Positions 37,294 through 46,992 are shown, counted from the stretch's first letter. The stretch: DNA of 64,000 nucleotides from a virus (IMGVR_UViG_3300025133_000040:32001-96000), one strand, 5' to 3'. Notes: generated by a model from the letters alone, not told the origin. A program made the numbers and translations.

Positions 37294-38323
37294 GCTTTAA
37301 AGCATACTTGTTGCTGATGACCTTGAAAGACAGGGGCTTTCCCAATACCTCGTTCCAGCCACCGCCATTAGCTAGGCGAACCACGATTCCTTCAGCGCGA
37401 CTGCCGTTAGCGTACTTGGTTTCGTCAGCTAGTTCTAGCAGGCCCTCTAGTGTCCAAGTAGGACACTCCTCGTCTGCTGGGCCTAGGTAGCACAGGTCTA
37501 CCATGGTAAGCTCATATTCCTCACAGAACTTTTTGGTCTGACGGTAGTTCAGAGTGTAGTCCTCTTCAATATCGAACACGTTGAATACCCTGAACTCAGG
37601 CTCTTTCAAGCCCTCTCGGTTGTTCTGAATACCAGGACCAACAATCTCACCCTGTACGACGCAGTTGTCGGGCAGAGCGGCAAGTGAATACTTTAAAGCC
37701 ATCCTACCGTAGACACCACCGTCAATCTTTAGCTCCATATTGCGTGAGCAAATACGAAAATGATTGTCTTCCATAATATAGGTAGCAGATGTACCGTCAT
37801 GCTTAACAGAGATATAGACTTCCTTACCCTGAATCTTTTCAATGAGAGAAGGTAGGTTCTGAATCCTTTCCTCGTCTGTCTTTGAGACCAAGTGAGTAGG
37901 GAAGTGACCAATAGCATCTGCTGACTGAGGTGCGGGCTTCTCGTACTTGAGCACTTCCAGTGCCTCGGTTACGTCGTCGCCTTCTGTTACTAGAGGTCGC
38001 ACAGGAACAGTCCAAGTTACTCCCTCGTCCTCAACTTCTTCTAATCTATCTAGAACAGATAACGGAAAACAAATTCCCTGTGAAACTACACCACGTAGCT
38101 TGATTGTCTTGACTCTGAACTGCTTGTTCCGAAGGAACTCAAACTCTGGTCGCTCTGGAAGGATAGAATCCAACGCCACGTAGACGCAGAGGTCACCCTC
38201 TTTGAACTCGCCCTTCTTGGCGACCACGGTCCAGCCTAGTACCTTGATTAGCTCTAGGCTATCAGCATTGTCATGTGGCAGTACAGAGGCCACCCTTTGA
38301 ATTGTTGCTAGTTTGTTACTCAT
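37283..38323 (-). CDS. RNA ligase, DRB0094/Rnl5 family
   Basis: N-terminal OB (HDNADSLE), KTDEERIQN, KHDGTS, QGE, EGIV, SFKVIS. Confidence 0.92.
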   Translation of the reverse strand: MSNKLATIQRVASVLPHDNADSLELIKVLGWTVVAKKGEFKEGDLCVYVALDSILPERPEFEFLRNKQFRVKTIKLRGVVSQGICFPLSVLDRLEEVEDEGVTWTVPVRPLVTEGDDVTEALEVLKYEKPAPQSADAIGHFPTHLVSKTDEERIQNLPSLIEKIQGKEVYISVKHDGTSATYIMEDNHFRICSRNMELKIDGGVYGRMALKYSLAALPDNCVVQGEIVGPGIQNNREGLKEPEFRVFNVFDIEEDYTLNYRQTKKFCEEYELTMVDLCYLGPADEECPTWTLEGLLELADETKYANGSRAEGIVVRLANGGGWNEVLGKPLSFKVISNKYALKHGE

Positions 38324-38522
38324 ATTCTATTACTACCTCAAAATGCGTCATTGTTGGAAAGTTTTCAGGTCGAATTCTCGCACCGACTCCTAGAAGTCCC
38401 GTAAGCATACTGTCACGGGGTTCTTCAATGCCATTGTAGGACTGGTGGATTTGCCTCTCACTCATAATGACTATGTCTTTATGGAAATGTTCTTTGTTGA
38501 ACGCCCTGATTACTACACGCAT
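38316..38522 (-). CDS. hypothetical protein
   Basis: packed small ORF. Confidence 0.5.
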   Translation of the reverse strand: MRVVIRAFNKEHFHKDIVIMSERQIHQSYNGIEEPRDSMLTGLLGVGARIRPENFPTMTHFEVVIEYE

Positions 38523-38735
38523 TTAATTTCCCTCAATATACGCAAGCACTCGCTTACGTTTCTGACATATCTCACAATCGCACCAACCACTGTCACCTCT
38601 TTCAGTGTGTGGACAGGGATTAGCAACAAGCTCATAGAGGTCGTAAGCAAATTCGTTCATTCGCATCCTCTTATTGGTCGCCTCTAGCTTTTCCCTTAGT
38701 CCCTCAAAGGCTGTTCCCTCGTAAGATATGCCCAT
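38523..38735 (-). CDS. hypothetical protein
   Basis: packed small ORF, Cys cluster. Confidence 0.5.
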   Translation of the reverse strand: MGISYEGTAFEGLREKLEATNKRMRMNEFAYDLYELVANPCPHTERGDSGWCDCEICQKRKRVLAYIEGN

Positions 38736-38744
38736 TGTACCACC

Positions 38745-38960
38745 TTATTCCTCGGAGTCAACCGTTTTTGGGTGTAAAATCTGGTCAACAAGTCTTTTTC
38801 TTGTCGGCAGGTCGATGTAGGGACTAGTAGCCGTACTCCTAGCGAGCATCTCTCGGCTAATCTTGTCGTCTCTAACCGTATTGTAGTTGTCCATGCAGCA
38901 CTTCTTGAACTTCTTCTTACTGCCACACCCACACAATGAATTTCTTCCACGTTTTTGCAT
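38745..38960 (-). CDS. SEC-C motif protein
   Basis: GRNSLCGCGSKKKFKKCC. Confidence 0.8.
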   Translation of the reverse strand: MQKRGRNSLCGCGSKKKFKKCCMDNYNTVRDDKISREMLARSTATSPYIDLPTRKRLVDQILHPKTVDSEE

Positions 38961-38967
38961 AGTCTTG

Positions 38968-39522
38968 CTACCTTTGATTGAGTTGGTTTATCTTATTTAA
39001 ACTAGGGAAGCTCATAGAAGCCGGTGGCTTCTCATTTTTATACTTAGCCACGAGCACCTTACGTGCTTCAATGTCTTTCAGCGTCTCTTGGAACCTCGCC
39101 TCTGATTCCTCTTGCCACTTCTTTCTCTTAGTAATTTTCTCGGGGCTATAAATCTTACGATATATAGGAAGCTCGTCAATAGACCCGAGAGGTACATAAG
39201 CCACTACCCACCAATACATTCCATCCTCGCTCTCAAGCATCAGAGAATAGCCATCTTCATCACGGCAAAAGTTATGGAACTCATTCCACCTTGTGTAGCT
39301 TTGCACCCAGTCACACGCTAGAAGTTCCTCAACGGTTTCAAACTCGAAAGTTTCTTTGTTGGACTCACTAACATCTACAAAATTAGGGTAGTGTTTCTTA
39401 GCCTTATGCACTGAGCACCTCCTCAATCTTACCCCTAATGGAAGACGTAGGCTCCCACTTGCTGTGCATGTTCTTAATGGTTTCAAGAGGCACACCGTGA
39501 GAAGTGTGGCCCACACACGCAA
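38968..39522 (-). CDS. hypothetical protein (true start probably near 39410)
   Basis: fills the gap after the kinase; 5' extension overlaps it. Confidence 0.5.
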   Translation of the reverse strand: MRVWATLLTVCLLKPLRTCTASGSLRLPLGVRLRRCSVHKAKKHYPNFVDVSESNKETFEFETVEELLACDWVQSYTRWNEFHNFCRDEDGYSLMLESEDGMYWWVVAYVPLGSIDELPIYRKIYSPEKITKRKKWQEESEARFQETLKDIEARKVLVAKYKNEKPPASMSFPSLNKINQLNQR

Positions 39523-39904
39523 TAGGGTCGTACCGCCAAGAGGTATCAGGCTCTAGCACTTCTACCTCGTAGCCGTACTTCTTAGCCAGCAACACGTAGG
39601 GCTTGATTTCCTTCCAAGTGATATTGGTGTTGTCAATAATCACCGTATTCGTAGGGGGTAGCACTTCGTCTACCATATACTCCTCGGCTCGTTCTTTGTT
39701 CCAGGCATGAGCCTCACCAATCCTTCGCATGTTGAAGTCGTAGTGCCCGTCAGGACGTAGCCAGTAGCTATCAGTAGAGCAGACGCGAGACGACCAGTTC
39801 ATGCTCACCCCTAGTTCGCCAGCAGTCGCACGTCTAAACTCGTTCACAGCGGTGCTCTTACCGCTTCCAGGTAAGCCCCTGGCAATAATTAATCGCTTCT
39901 TCAT
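39404..39904 (-). CDS. P-loop polynucleotide kinase-like protein (AAA_33/N4BP2-type)
   Basis: RGLPGSGKST, STD, IIDNTN, HGVP. Confidence 0.88.
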   Translation of the reverse strand: MKKRLIIARGLPGSGKSTAVNEFRRATAGELGVSMNWSSRVCSTDSYWLRPDGHYDFNMRRIGEAHAWNKERAEEYMVDEVLPPTNTVIIDNTNITWKEIKPYVLLAKKYGYEVEVLEPDTSWRYDPIACVGHTSHGVPLETIKNMHSKWEPTSSIRGKIEEVLSA

Positions 39905-39905
39905 T

Positions 39906-41012
39906 TTAGTTTTCCTTATCAGCCTGGGGCTTTACCATCTTCCAAATGGCCTCGGAGTAATCCTTGCCATCAATTATCATAAACACTAGGTTGCGGTACT
40001 TATAGTTGGTCATTCGCTGAGCAATAGCCTTGCGATTACCCTTATGCTTGGTCACCTCTAAGTACTTCGCCTTGGCCTCGGCCTCGATAGTGTCGTACTC
40101 AGCCTGGAAACCATTAGCCATGTCCATAACATAAGTATAGAACTCGTCCGGTACTTTGTCAAGCCACTTATTTAAATCTTGGTTGTGCCGAAGCTGTTCC
40201 CACACTCTCTTAGGGGTTACGCCCGTCATAATCTTGTGCAGCCTACAGTACTCGTCGAACTTAAACTTCATGCGGAAGTTCTTGAGCGTTGGGTAAACCA
40301 GGACGTAGCCCTCTTCGTTTTCAGGCTGGTCCAGAGTCTCCAACTGAGACAAGTAGTTCGCACCTTCTAAGGGCTCGATGGAATTCCAACCAGCCTTCTT
40401 AGCCTTCTCGAATAAGTCCCAGCGGTCCTGACCGTCCCAGTTTTCAGTGACAGCAAGTAGCCGTAGCTCCTCAGTGTCGCCGTAGTCTAGAACGATGCGG
40501 TTCTCTGGGTAGATAATTTCTACCAGATATGTACATTCGGTGTCACAACCTTCAAGAATCTCGTCGTAGTCACGTAGCATCTCACGACCCTTGTACGCCT
40601 GTGGAGACGCAAAGGAACCACGAGTAGCAATGTCCCACCGACCCTGCATTGGGCTGAAGAAGACCACGCCTAAGGAACCATCCATCTTTGGGTAAGCCTT
40701 GAAGGGCTCAGCATGGATGCGACCTAGGAATTCCTGGTACTTCATACCGTACAGGTGCTTGGTCCGGTTACGGATAACTGGAATCTCACCCACGTTGAAG
40801 AACTTGGTGAACGGTCGAGCAACAATGTTGTTGCGGTGGTCTAAGACCAAACCACGACACATCATGGTAGCTTCGTCCCACTTGGCTTCAATCTGAGTGT
40901 TCGTTGTGTAGTTATAGATAAAGAGCGTGTCTTTTGGGTGTTCACGTACGGATACGTAGCCCTGCGATACACGCTCCTGAATCTTTTCTAGTAAGTTGTT
41001 TTCAAGTCTCAT
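39906..41012 (-). CDS. T4 Rnl1-like RNA ligase
   Basis: IYNY, CRGL, PFTKFFN, KMDGS, ATRGSF, EGYV, MKFK. Confidence 0.92.
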   Translation of the reverse strand: MRLENNLLEKIQERVSQGYVSVREHPKDTLFIYNYTTNTQIEAKWDEATMMCRGLVLDHRNNIVARPFTKFFNVGEIPVIRNRTKHLYGMKYQEFLGRIHAEPFKAYPKMDGSLGVVFFSPMQGRWDIATRGSFASPQAYKGREMLRDYDEILEGCDTECTYLVEIIYPENRIVLDYGDTEELRLLAVTENWDGQDRWDLFEKAKKAGWNSIEPLEGANYLSQLETLDQPENEEGYVLVYPTLKNFRMKFKFDEYCRLHKIMTGVTPKRVWEQLRHNQDLNKWLDKVPDEFYTYVMDMANGFQAEYDTIEAEAKAKYLEVTKHKGNRKAIAQRMTNYKYRNLVFMIIDGKDYSEAIWKMVKPQADKEN

Positions 41013-41022
41013 AACTTCATCC

Positions 41023-41385
41023 TTATAACCAGGGCTTCTCACCCATCTTTACCCGAACATCATTACCTATCTTGCGAGAGTATTCAATCATCTGTTTGGT
41101 TCCACGGCTTTTACCGTCCCAAAACGCAACAGTAGCATCGGCATAGTCTGCCATCTCAATGTTGCGTAGTATTCCAGCCTTCTTTCCTAGGCCATCCCAG
41201 TCTGCGGGACATCTCTTGACCGCAATCCCTCTTTCGTTGGCCCACTTCTCCCCTAGTGTATCTGCCCCTCTAGCACAACCGCAAACTACTTCTGTAACAT
41301 TGCCGTTTGTGTTGAGGTAATCCATACAACTAGAAAGATAATCATAGTCTTTAAAATCTCTGGAACCTACTATTGCCACTCGCAT
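41023..41385 (-). CDS. SLOG-family (DUF2493/YspA-like) protein
   Basis: IVGSR, GCARGAD, AG..RN, FWDGKSRGT. Confidence 0.88.
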   Translation of the reverse strand: MRVAIVGSRDFKDYDYLSSCMDYLNTNGNVTEVVCGCARGADTLGEKWANERGIAVKRCPADWDGLGKKAGILRNIEMADYADATVAFWDGKSRGTKQMIEYSRKIGNDVRVKMGEKPWL

Positions 41386-41398
41386 AAATGTCCCGCCC

Positions 41399-41986
41399 TT
41401 AAAATTGAATCCTGTTCATCTTGTTCTGTTCTACGTGTGCATCATACAGCGTGTTGTAGTTAAACACCCTGCCAACGTCGTCGTACGCTTGTCTCATTTG
41501 ATTGGCGCATTTTCTCGGCGTCATCCTGCCAGTAGCAGTACATAGCCCTGGACATAGGATGCTTTGAATTTCGTTGAAATCCTCGTCAAAACTTAGAGCA
41601 GCACGAAATGCTAGGTAGGCATTGATTGTATTACTAACATCCTCTGGGACTCTCATAGTTGGAGCACAGATAAGATGAGGTAATGCACAGCCAAGCGTTG
41701 GAACAATCATAGCTTCGCCCACTAGAAGCTCTCCGTTGACAAGAGACCTTAACTCATGTTGTAGTCTAACCTGTAGGTCCGTACCAAAGTAGTTGGTGTA
41801 CACTTGGTCGATGCCACCGTCCATAAACCCGAAGGAATTAGCTGGGCTAATCACAGCGTCGGCATCCATGTGTTCGCCTGGGGCAAAAATCTTACCGTGG
41901 CTAATGTGTACGTTGTCACAACCTTTGAACGCTCTCGTCCACTCAGCTACTAGGCTGAGGTTTAAGTCTCTAAGATAAATTTCCAT
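41399..41986 (-). CDS. macrodomain (ADP-ribose processing) protein
   Basis: DAVISPANSFGFMDGGID, APTMRVP, PGLCT. Confidence 0.9.
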   Translation of the reverse strand: MEIYLRDLNLSLVAEWTRAFKGCDNVHISHGKIFAPGEHMDADAVISPANSFGFMDGGIDQVYTNYFGTDLQVRLQHELRSLVNGELLVGEAMIVPTLGCALPHLICAPTMRVPEDVSNTINAYLAFRAALSFDEDFNEIQSILCPGLCTATGRMTPRKCANQMRQAYDDVGRVFNYNTLYDAHVEQNKMNRIQF

Positions 41987-42918
41987 TAGTATGATTTGTC
42001 CTCTCGGTATCTGTCACTCGAAATTTTAGCAGTACCATTGTCTTGATACTCTTCCCACTCATCCACCGCTGCGCGAGACACATGCTCAACGATAGCGTCG
42101 TTGTTACACATGTACATGCCAGCGCAGGAGAAGGAGCCAATCTCCAAGACCTTTGTCCTACCGGACTTGGTCCTACAAACATCTAAACTCCACACTCTGT
42201 CGGGTGAGTAGTCTAAGCTATCAACCACCCCTTGAGCGTACTTCCAGGTCTCAGCCTCCTCGCCAAGCTCTGTTCTTGTTGGCCTGTACTTAGACCCAGC
42301 GATAACTTTGTCGCCCACCACCACGAACCTGTATTCTGCCACAACATTTACCGGATAGGTAATGATGCACAACTCGTTATCAGGAACGTCATAGAAACCC
42401 AGCGTTTCTAGGTCTCTCTCAAAGTGTTCCTTCTGTACAGCCTGACCAGTGAAAATCTTATTGCCTGCATCGGGCCTGATGAACACGGTATTAGACTGGC
42501 CGAATGTTTTAAAAATGAATTCCTTCTGACGTAGTAGGTCTCCGTAAGGGAGAATCATATACTCGTCGCCATTAAGTAGTTCGCTCTTGAACTTAGGGTA
42601 GTAGTTGACACACCTGAACGCATCCCAGTTACAATACACACCAGGAATCCACTTGGCTTCCTTGCGAATCATATCACAGAACTGAATCGACCCACGAATA
42701 ACTACGCAGTCATCGTCGTCGAAGAAGTCCAGGTAGTTCTTCTTCATGTTTCTAAACTCGTTGGAGGGGAAGGACGCATACAGAAGACCCTCTTTGAGCT
42801 TCTGTTCCTCCTCCTCGTCGAGTGACTTGTATATTATATCATACTTCGCCAAGGACGCAAGTAGTTCTGTCTCATTTTCTTCAAATACTAGGCTTTCAAT
42901 CAACCACTTAGCTTTCAT
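41986..42918 (-). CDS. ATP-grasp protein (R2K/DUF4343-like)
   Basis: VFIRP...KIFTG, EYRFVV, LDV, VLEI. Confidence 0.8.
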   Translation of the reverse strand: MKAKWLIESLVFEENETELLASLAKYDIIYKSLDEEEEQKLKEGLLYASFPSNEFRNMKKNYLDFFDDDDCVVIRGSIQFCDMIRKEAKWIPGVYCNWDAFRCVNYYPKFKSELLNGDEYMILPYGDLLRQKEFIFKTFGQSNTVFIRPDAGNKIFTGQAVQKEHFERDLETLGFYDVPDNELCIITYPVNVVAEYRFVVVGDKVIAGSKYRPTRTELGEEAETWKYAQGVVDSLDYSPDRVWSLDVCRTKSGRTKVLEIGSFSCAGMYMCNNDAIVEHVSRAAVDEWEEYQDNGTAKISSDRYREDKSY

Positions 42919-42922
42919 CGCG

Positions 42923-43300
42923 TCAGTCCTTCAAAATTAAATGTCCGAATGTTAAATGAAACGGGAACTTAAGTTCCGACCTGAGCCCTAACTCAGCCCT
43001 TATGTCTGAAAGGGTGGGGCAGAACACAGGAAGCCAAAACATCCCGTCTCGATTCTGTGGGCTACCGTACTCAAACTCTACTGTGTCTCCCTCGTACTTC
43101 CCCCAGTGCTGGGGGTACACAGGGCTTTCGTAAGTCCCCGCCACCAATGTAATGTGCGGCTCTCGCTTGCCAGGGTTTAGTCTGCGCGTCTTGTTCTTTG
43201 CCAGCCAATATAGGTGACGATAGTACTTGAGGATGCTCGGGTCAACCAGGACCAGTGCCCAGGAACGTCCATACGTGATGGTTCCAGTTGTCTTATACAT
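42923..43300 (-). CDS. 2H phosphoesterase
   Basis: two HxT motifs (PHITL, FHLTF). Confidence 0.75.
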   Translation of the reverse strand: MYKTTGTITYGRSWALVLVDPSILKYYRHLYWLAKNKTRRLNPGKREPHITLVAGTYESPVYPQHWGKYEGDTVEFEYGSPQNRDGMFWLPVFCPTLSDIRAELGLRSELKFPFHLTFGHLILKD

Positions 43301-43304
43301 GTTT

Positions 43305-43562
43305 CTATCCAGAGCATGGTAGTATCTCAAAGCCCTCTAGTTTAATTTCTCCAGTGGTTTTTACGCGACCACCGTCACAAAAATTGCCTAGCTTATGCCT
43401 CGTCATACACTCTTCAAAAGCGGCTCTCACACCATTTAGAACCTCCTCGTCTCTTTCTGTTTCCCCATAACAAAATTGCATAACACTATGGATGGCCTGT
43501 ACCTCGTTATAGTCTAACCCAAACTCAAATTCGTCTGGAATCTCTGCGTAGTGTCTAGCCAT
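43305..43562 (-). CDS. hypothetical protein
   Basis: packed ORF. Confidence 0.55.
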   Translation of the reverse strand: MARHYAEIPDEFEFGLDYNEVQAIHSVMQFCYGETERDEEVLNGVRAAFEECMTRHKLGNFCDGGRVKTTGEIKLEGFEILPCSG

Positions 43563-43783
43563 TATGCTTCTTTCACCCCACCTATATGCTCAGGAAACTT
43601 CCAAACGTCCATTGCCCAGTCAGTATCGGCATACATATGCCCATAATCAAGCCCTGCGTAATCACATATGACCTTGACTGCGTCGATAGCACCCAGGTTG
43701 TCGCCCTCAGCAACCAGCTTGTTGCAAATGTAGACGCCAACCCTAGGGCCGTGCTCTTGTTCTACTATAGTAATGTCACTCAT
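43562..43783 (-). CDS. hypothetical protein
   Basis: packed ORF. Confidence 0.55.
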   Translation of the reverse strand: MSDITIVEQEHGPRVGVYICNKLVAEGDNLGAIDAVKVICDYAGLDYGHMYADTDWAMDVWKFPEHIGGVKEA

Positions 43784-43936
43784 TAGCCATTTTTCCTATA
43801 TAATATCCCTGCAAGGAGTTGCAAAGTGCCACTAAAGAGCAGGCAACACCCGCCCCTGGCATGTCCTCTACAACAATCAGCCCGTACGAAATCATAAAAC
43901 AATTTAATAGTATCATAAGATATGATGCCGCAACCA

Positions 43937-44296
43937 TTAGCAGAGTACCTCCATCTCAATATCATTATTATGGTAGTAGGTAATCTCCCACTCAGTCCTA
44001 AGCAGGCGGTCGTCGAGCAGTTCAACGCCCCTTAGTTGAGCGTCGTTAGAGTCTAACAACTCACAGAATTTAGTTACTTCTGACTGCCGACCGACCTTAA
44101 ACCTGCGTACAGAATGACCCGTAGGCTTCTTATCCACAGGACAAATCTCATACAGACTAATGGAAAATTCCTTACCGTTTATAGGGTGAATCACCACGGC
44201 ATCCCTAACCGCCTCAAACCGCACGAACTCATATACGGTGTCATACCTGTCTACAACAAGGTCTCCCGCTACTAAATCACCAATGAATTTAACCAT
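43937..44296 (-). CDS. hypothetical protein
   Basis: packed ORF. Confidence 0.55.
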   Translation of the reverse strand: MVKFIGDLVAGDLVVDRYDTVYEFVRFEAVRDAVVIHPINGKEFSISLYEICPVDKKPTGHSVRRFKVGRQSEVTKFCELLDSNDAQLRGVELLDDRLLRTEWEITYYHNNDIEMEVLC

Positions 44297-44799
44297 TCAT
44301 TTGCCTCTTCCTGTGGAACCGCGTTCATGTCCTCGGCAGGAGGGGTAACGAACCTCCCTAGCCGCCCTAACTTCTTGCCTGCCCCATTCTCGTCAACGTC
44401 TCCGACAACGACGATAGGGCGACCTCTTGTGATTAGCTTCCAGTAACCTAGGAACGCCTTACCAGGGGTAGAAGTCAGTGCAGCCACGCAAGAGTAGCCC
44501 GCATTGATAACCCTGATAGCGTCCCAGACTCCCTCAACAACGAACAGAGTCTCGGTCTCATAGAAATGTTCAAGCCCCCACAGCATACAGTAGGACTTGT
44601 TAGCCTTGTTGATGTAACGACCGCCAATCTCGTTGCTTCGCAGCTTAGGAGCGGCCCAGTTGTATCGGGAGTATCCTAGGAGTTTGCCGTTTCCCAAGGT
44701 TCAGAGAGGAAACCTTACGATTTCCTCCTTCCAGTCCACCCAGCAGCGGATTCTGTCTGTCAGTCCTCGCTCTGTTAGATGGTCTTTGAAGTTATTCAT
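44272..44799 (-). pseudogene. Toprim/primase-like gene with in-frame TGA at 44701-44703
   Basis: ATG at 44799 directly after the promoter reads ..VRFPL*TLGNGKLLGY.. then VVEGVWDA and GDVDENG. Confidence 0.65.
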
Positions 44800-44805
44800 A
44801 CCTAT

Positions 44806-44833
44806 AGTATACACTAAAGCGTGGTGGAGTCAA
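44806..44833 (-). promoter_or_regulatory. conserved promoter heading the RNA-repair region
   Basis: TTGACT-N16-TATACT. Confidence 0.8.
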
Positions 44834-44842
44834 GCGAATCCA

Positions 44843-44868
44843 TAAAAAAAGCCCAGGAAAACCTGGGC
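44843..44868 (-). terminator. intrinsic terminator
   Basis: GCCCAGG TTTT CCTGGGC followed by T-run. Confidence 0.8.
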
Positions 44869-44895
44869 CTCTCCACTTTATTTGCAGTTAAGTGT

Positions 44896-45237
44896 TTAAT
44901 CGAAATCAGCATCGGGGTTTATTTTAAATCTAAGGATGCTTGCGTTACACCTGTCGTTATCGTAGACAACACCGATTGCTCCCCAGTTCGACTCGTCTAT
45001 CCCGCATAGCCCGTTCAGTATCCCCACCAAACCAACAGCATCGCCCCCGTTTTTATCCATAACTTGACAGGTGGGGTGGTTGCTGAGTGCTTTAGTGCAA
45101 GGGATTCTAATGTCCACAAGGGAGCCTATAGCCCTTCTGTCTGCACGTACAAGGCTATTGAGATAGTCAACCATCCTCATCGCTAGTTCTTTGTCGAGAG
45201 ACATTGGTTCTTCCTTATGCGTCGTCGGAAATATCAA
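44896..45237 (-). CDS. hypothetical protein
   Basis: ORF; start probably at MSLD. Confidence 0.6.
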   Translation of the reverse strand: MIFPTTHKEEPMSLDKELAMRMVDYLNSLVRADRRAIGSLVDIRIPCTKALSNHPTCQVMDKNGGDAVGLVGILNGLCGIDESNWGAIGVVYDNDRCNASILRFKINPDADFD

Positions 45238-45460
45238 TCACAATCTTAAGAGGTAGCTCGTCAACTTGACCAAGTAAGAAACCACGAATAGTAGCATCGT
45301 CCTTGTCTGCTCTTACAAGCTTGACACTCATGCCGTCTTGAAGGTCGAGGATAAAGTCTTTGATTAGCCCCTTGACTTCGTCAATTCCTTCATCGGCCTT
45401 AGACATTGTGCCGTGAGCGTGCTGCTCTAGTCCGTCTAATCTTCTACGTAATCTTCCCAT
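45215..45460 (-). CDS. hypothetical protein
   Basis: packed ORF. Confidence 0.55.
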   Translation of the reverse strand: MGRLRRRLDGLEQHAHGTMSKADEGIDEVKGLIKDFILDLQDGMSVKLVRADKDDATIRGFLLGQVDELPLKIVIDISDDA

Positions 45461-46110
45461 GTCGTTTCCTTTTGGTTAGCGTCTGAAGACAAGCCTGCGA
45501 TACGTTCCTCGTAAGGCATGTGACTCCAATGATGTATAAAACCCTTCTCGTTCCTGTGTTTCTTATGGACGTTCCACTTGCTGTCCAACCACCCTACTAA
45601 ATCTGTGTACTTGTTTTTCTCTAGAAGATTATAAGGTGAATGAATTTGGTATCCAATCAGCCTAAGGAAGGATGACTGCTCCCACATGGAACCGTATATA
45701 TATGTGGTCCATATCTTATCTAGCAACTCTAAGGTTGCGGCTGTGTTTTTAACTACGAGCACACCAGTATTTGGACACGCTTCGTCGCTTTCTAGTAGCT
45801 GATTCACCATGTTAATGGGTTTGCCTGTGACTTCAGACGCTATATCTTTTGATAGATTAACTATCACGGCGTCACAGTCCAGCCAAAAAACAGTGTCGAA
45901 CCCTTCTAGTATCGCTTCTTTTATTAGTGGGATTTTTGACCAAGCAGGCTTCCTCCCCTTACTACGACCAGAGAAAGACCCGCCCCTAACGGAGCGGAAG
46001 TCGTAGCTATGTCTAAGTGCGTATGTTCGAGCGACTGGCTCTGTTATGTCTAGAAAACTTAAGTGTTGCTCTCCAGACGCACCCATTAGTAGTAGCTTTT
46101 TATCATTCAT
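45436..46110 (-). CDS. glycosyltransferase family 34-like
   Basis: YALRHSY, WSKIP, FWLDCDA, NTGV, WEQ. Confidence 0.85.
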   Translation of the reverse strand: MNDKKLLLMGASGEQHLSFLDITEPVARTYALRHSYDFRSVRGGSFSGRSKGRKPAWSKIPLIKEAILEGFDTVFWLDCDAVIVNLSKDIASEVTGKPINMVNQLLESDEACPNTGVLVVKNTAATLELLDKIWTTYIYGSMWEQSSFLRLIGYQIHSPYNLLEKNKYTDLVGWLDSKWNVHKKHRNEKGFIHHWSHMPYEERIAGLSSDANQKETTWEDYVED

Positions 46111-46113
46111 AAG

Positions 46114-46202
46114 CAGTTGGGAAGGGAATTGAACCCTCAGGACGCTAACGCGCCCAACAGATTAGCAATCTGCCGCACCTCACCAATGTGTGCCGCCCAA
46201 CT
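46114..46202 (-). tRNA. tRNA-Ser(GCU)
   Basis: loop TTGCTAA; long variable arm. Confidence 0.85.
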
Positions 46203-46308
46203 AAAAATCAACGGTGGTTAACCCGTCTAGGCCCTCTTCGGGTCGGCCATATGAACCTTTGTATACATCACAGCGTTCCACTTGTGAGAGGTTAGTAGTG
46301 TTATCGCA

Positions 46309-46992
46309 CTACTTTTCGAGGGTAGGCTTAAGCCTAAGCCCCAGGTCGTTCAAGTCAAACAAAACTTGGTCAAGACCAAACTCACTTAGTAAGCCCAGGG
46401 TCTTGTAGGTGTTACACATGAAAGCCTTAAGCAACTCCTCTCGGACTCGCTCAACAGATACTTCCGCAACCTTGGGAGCAAGAGCATAGATAGCCCCATA
46501 AACACCGTAAGAAAAATCCATGTCCTTGGTAACTGCGAAGCGAATGGCTCGCAGGATACGCAAGTAGTCTTCTTCAAACCGTTCCCTAGGGGTGCCAACA
46601 CACCGGATGATGCCAGCCTTAAGGTCAGACTGACCGCCGTGCGGGTCGATGTAACGACCGCTCTCATCCTTAGCGATTGCGTTCATGGTAAAGTCACGAC
46701 GCGCGAGGTCGTCCTCTAGGGTGCCCATCTCGACACTCTCTGGGCGACGACCATCGTAGTAGTCCCCGTCCTTACGAGAACACACGAAGTCACAAGCACC
46801 CATACCAGGAACCTTGGCTCGGATGGTAAGGTACTCTTCCTTCTCAAGGAAAATCTCACCGCCTCGCCGCTCAATCTCAGCCTTCATAGCTGCGTAGGAA
46901 GGACCGACTACGGTGTAGTCAATGTCCTTGGATTTCAGCCCAAGGATTTCGTCCCGTACGTAACCGCCGACTTTGTAGAATTCGATGCTCAT
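46309..46992 (-). CDS. class II tRNA nucleotidyltransferase (CCA-adding), short form
   Basis: VGGYVRD, KDIDY, DLARRDFTMNA, EDYLRILRAIRF, VSVERVREE. Confidence 0.92.
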   Translation of the reverse strand: MSIEFYKVGGYVRDEILGLKSKDIDYTVVGPSYAAMKAEIERRGGEIFLEKEEYLTIRAKVPGMGACDFVCSRKDGDYYDGRRPESVEMGTLEDDLARRDFTMNAIAKDESGRYIDPHGGQSDLKAGIIRCVGTPRERFEEDYLRILRAIRFAVTKDMDFSYGVYGAIYALAPKVAEVSVERVREELLKAFMCNTYKTLGLLSEFGLDQVLFDLNDLGLRLKPTLEK

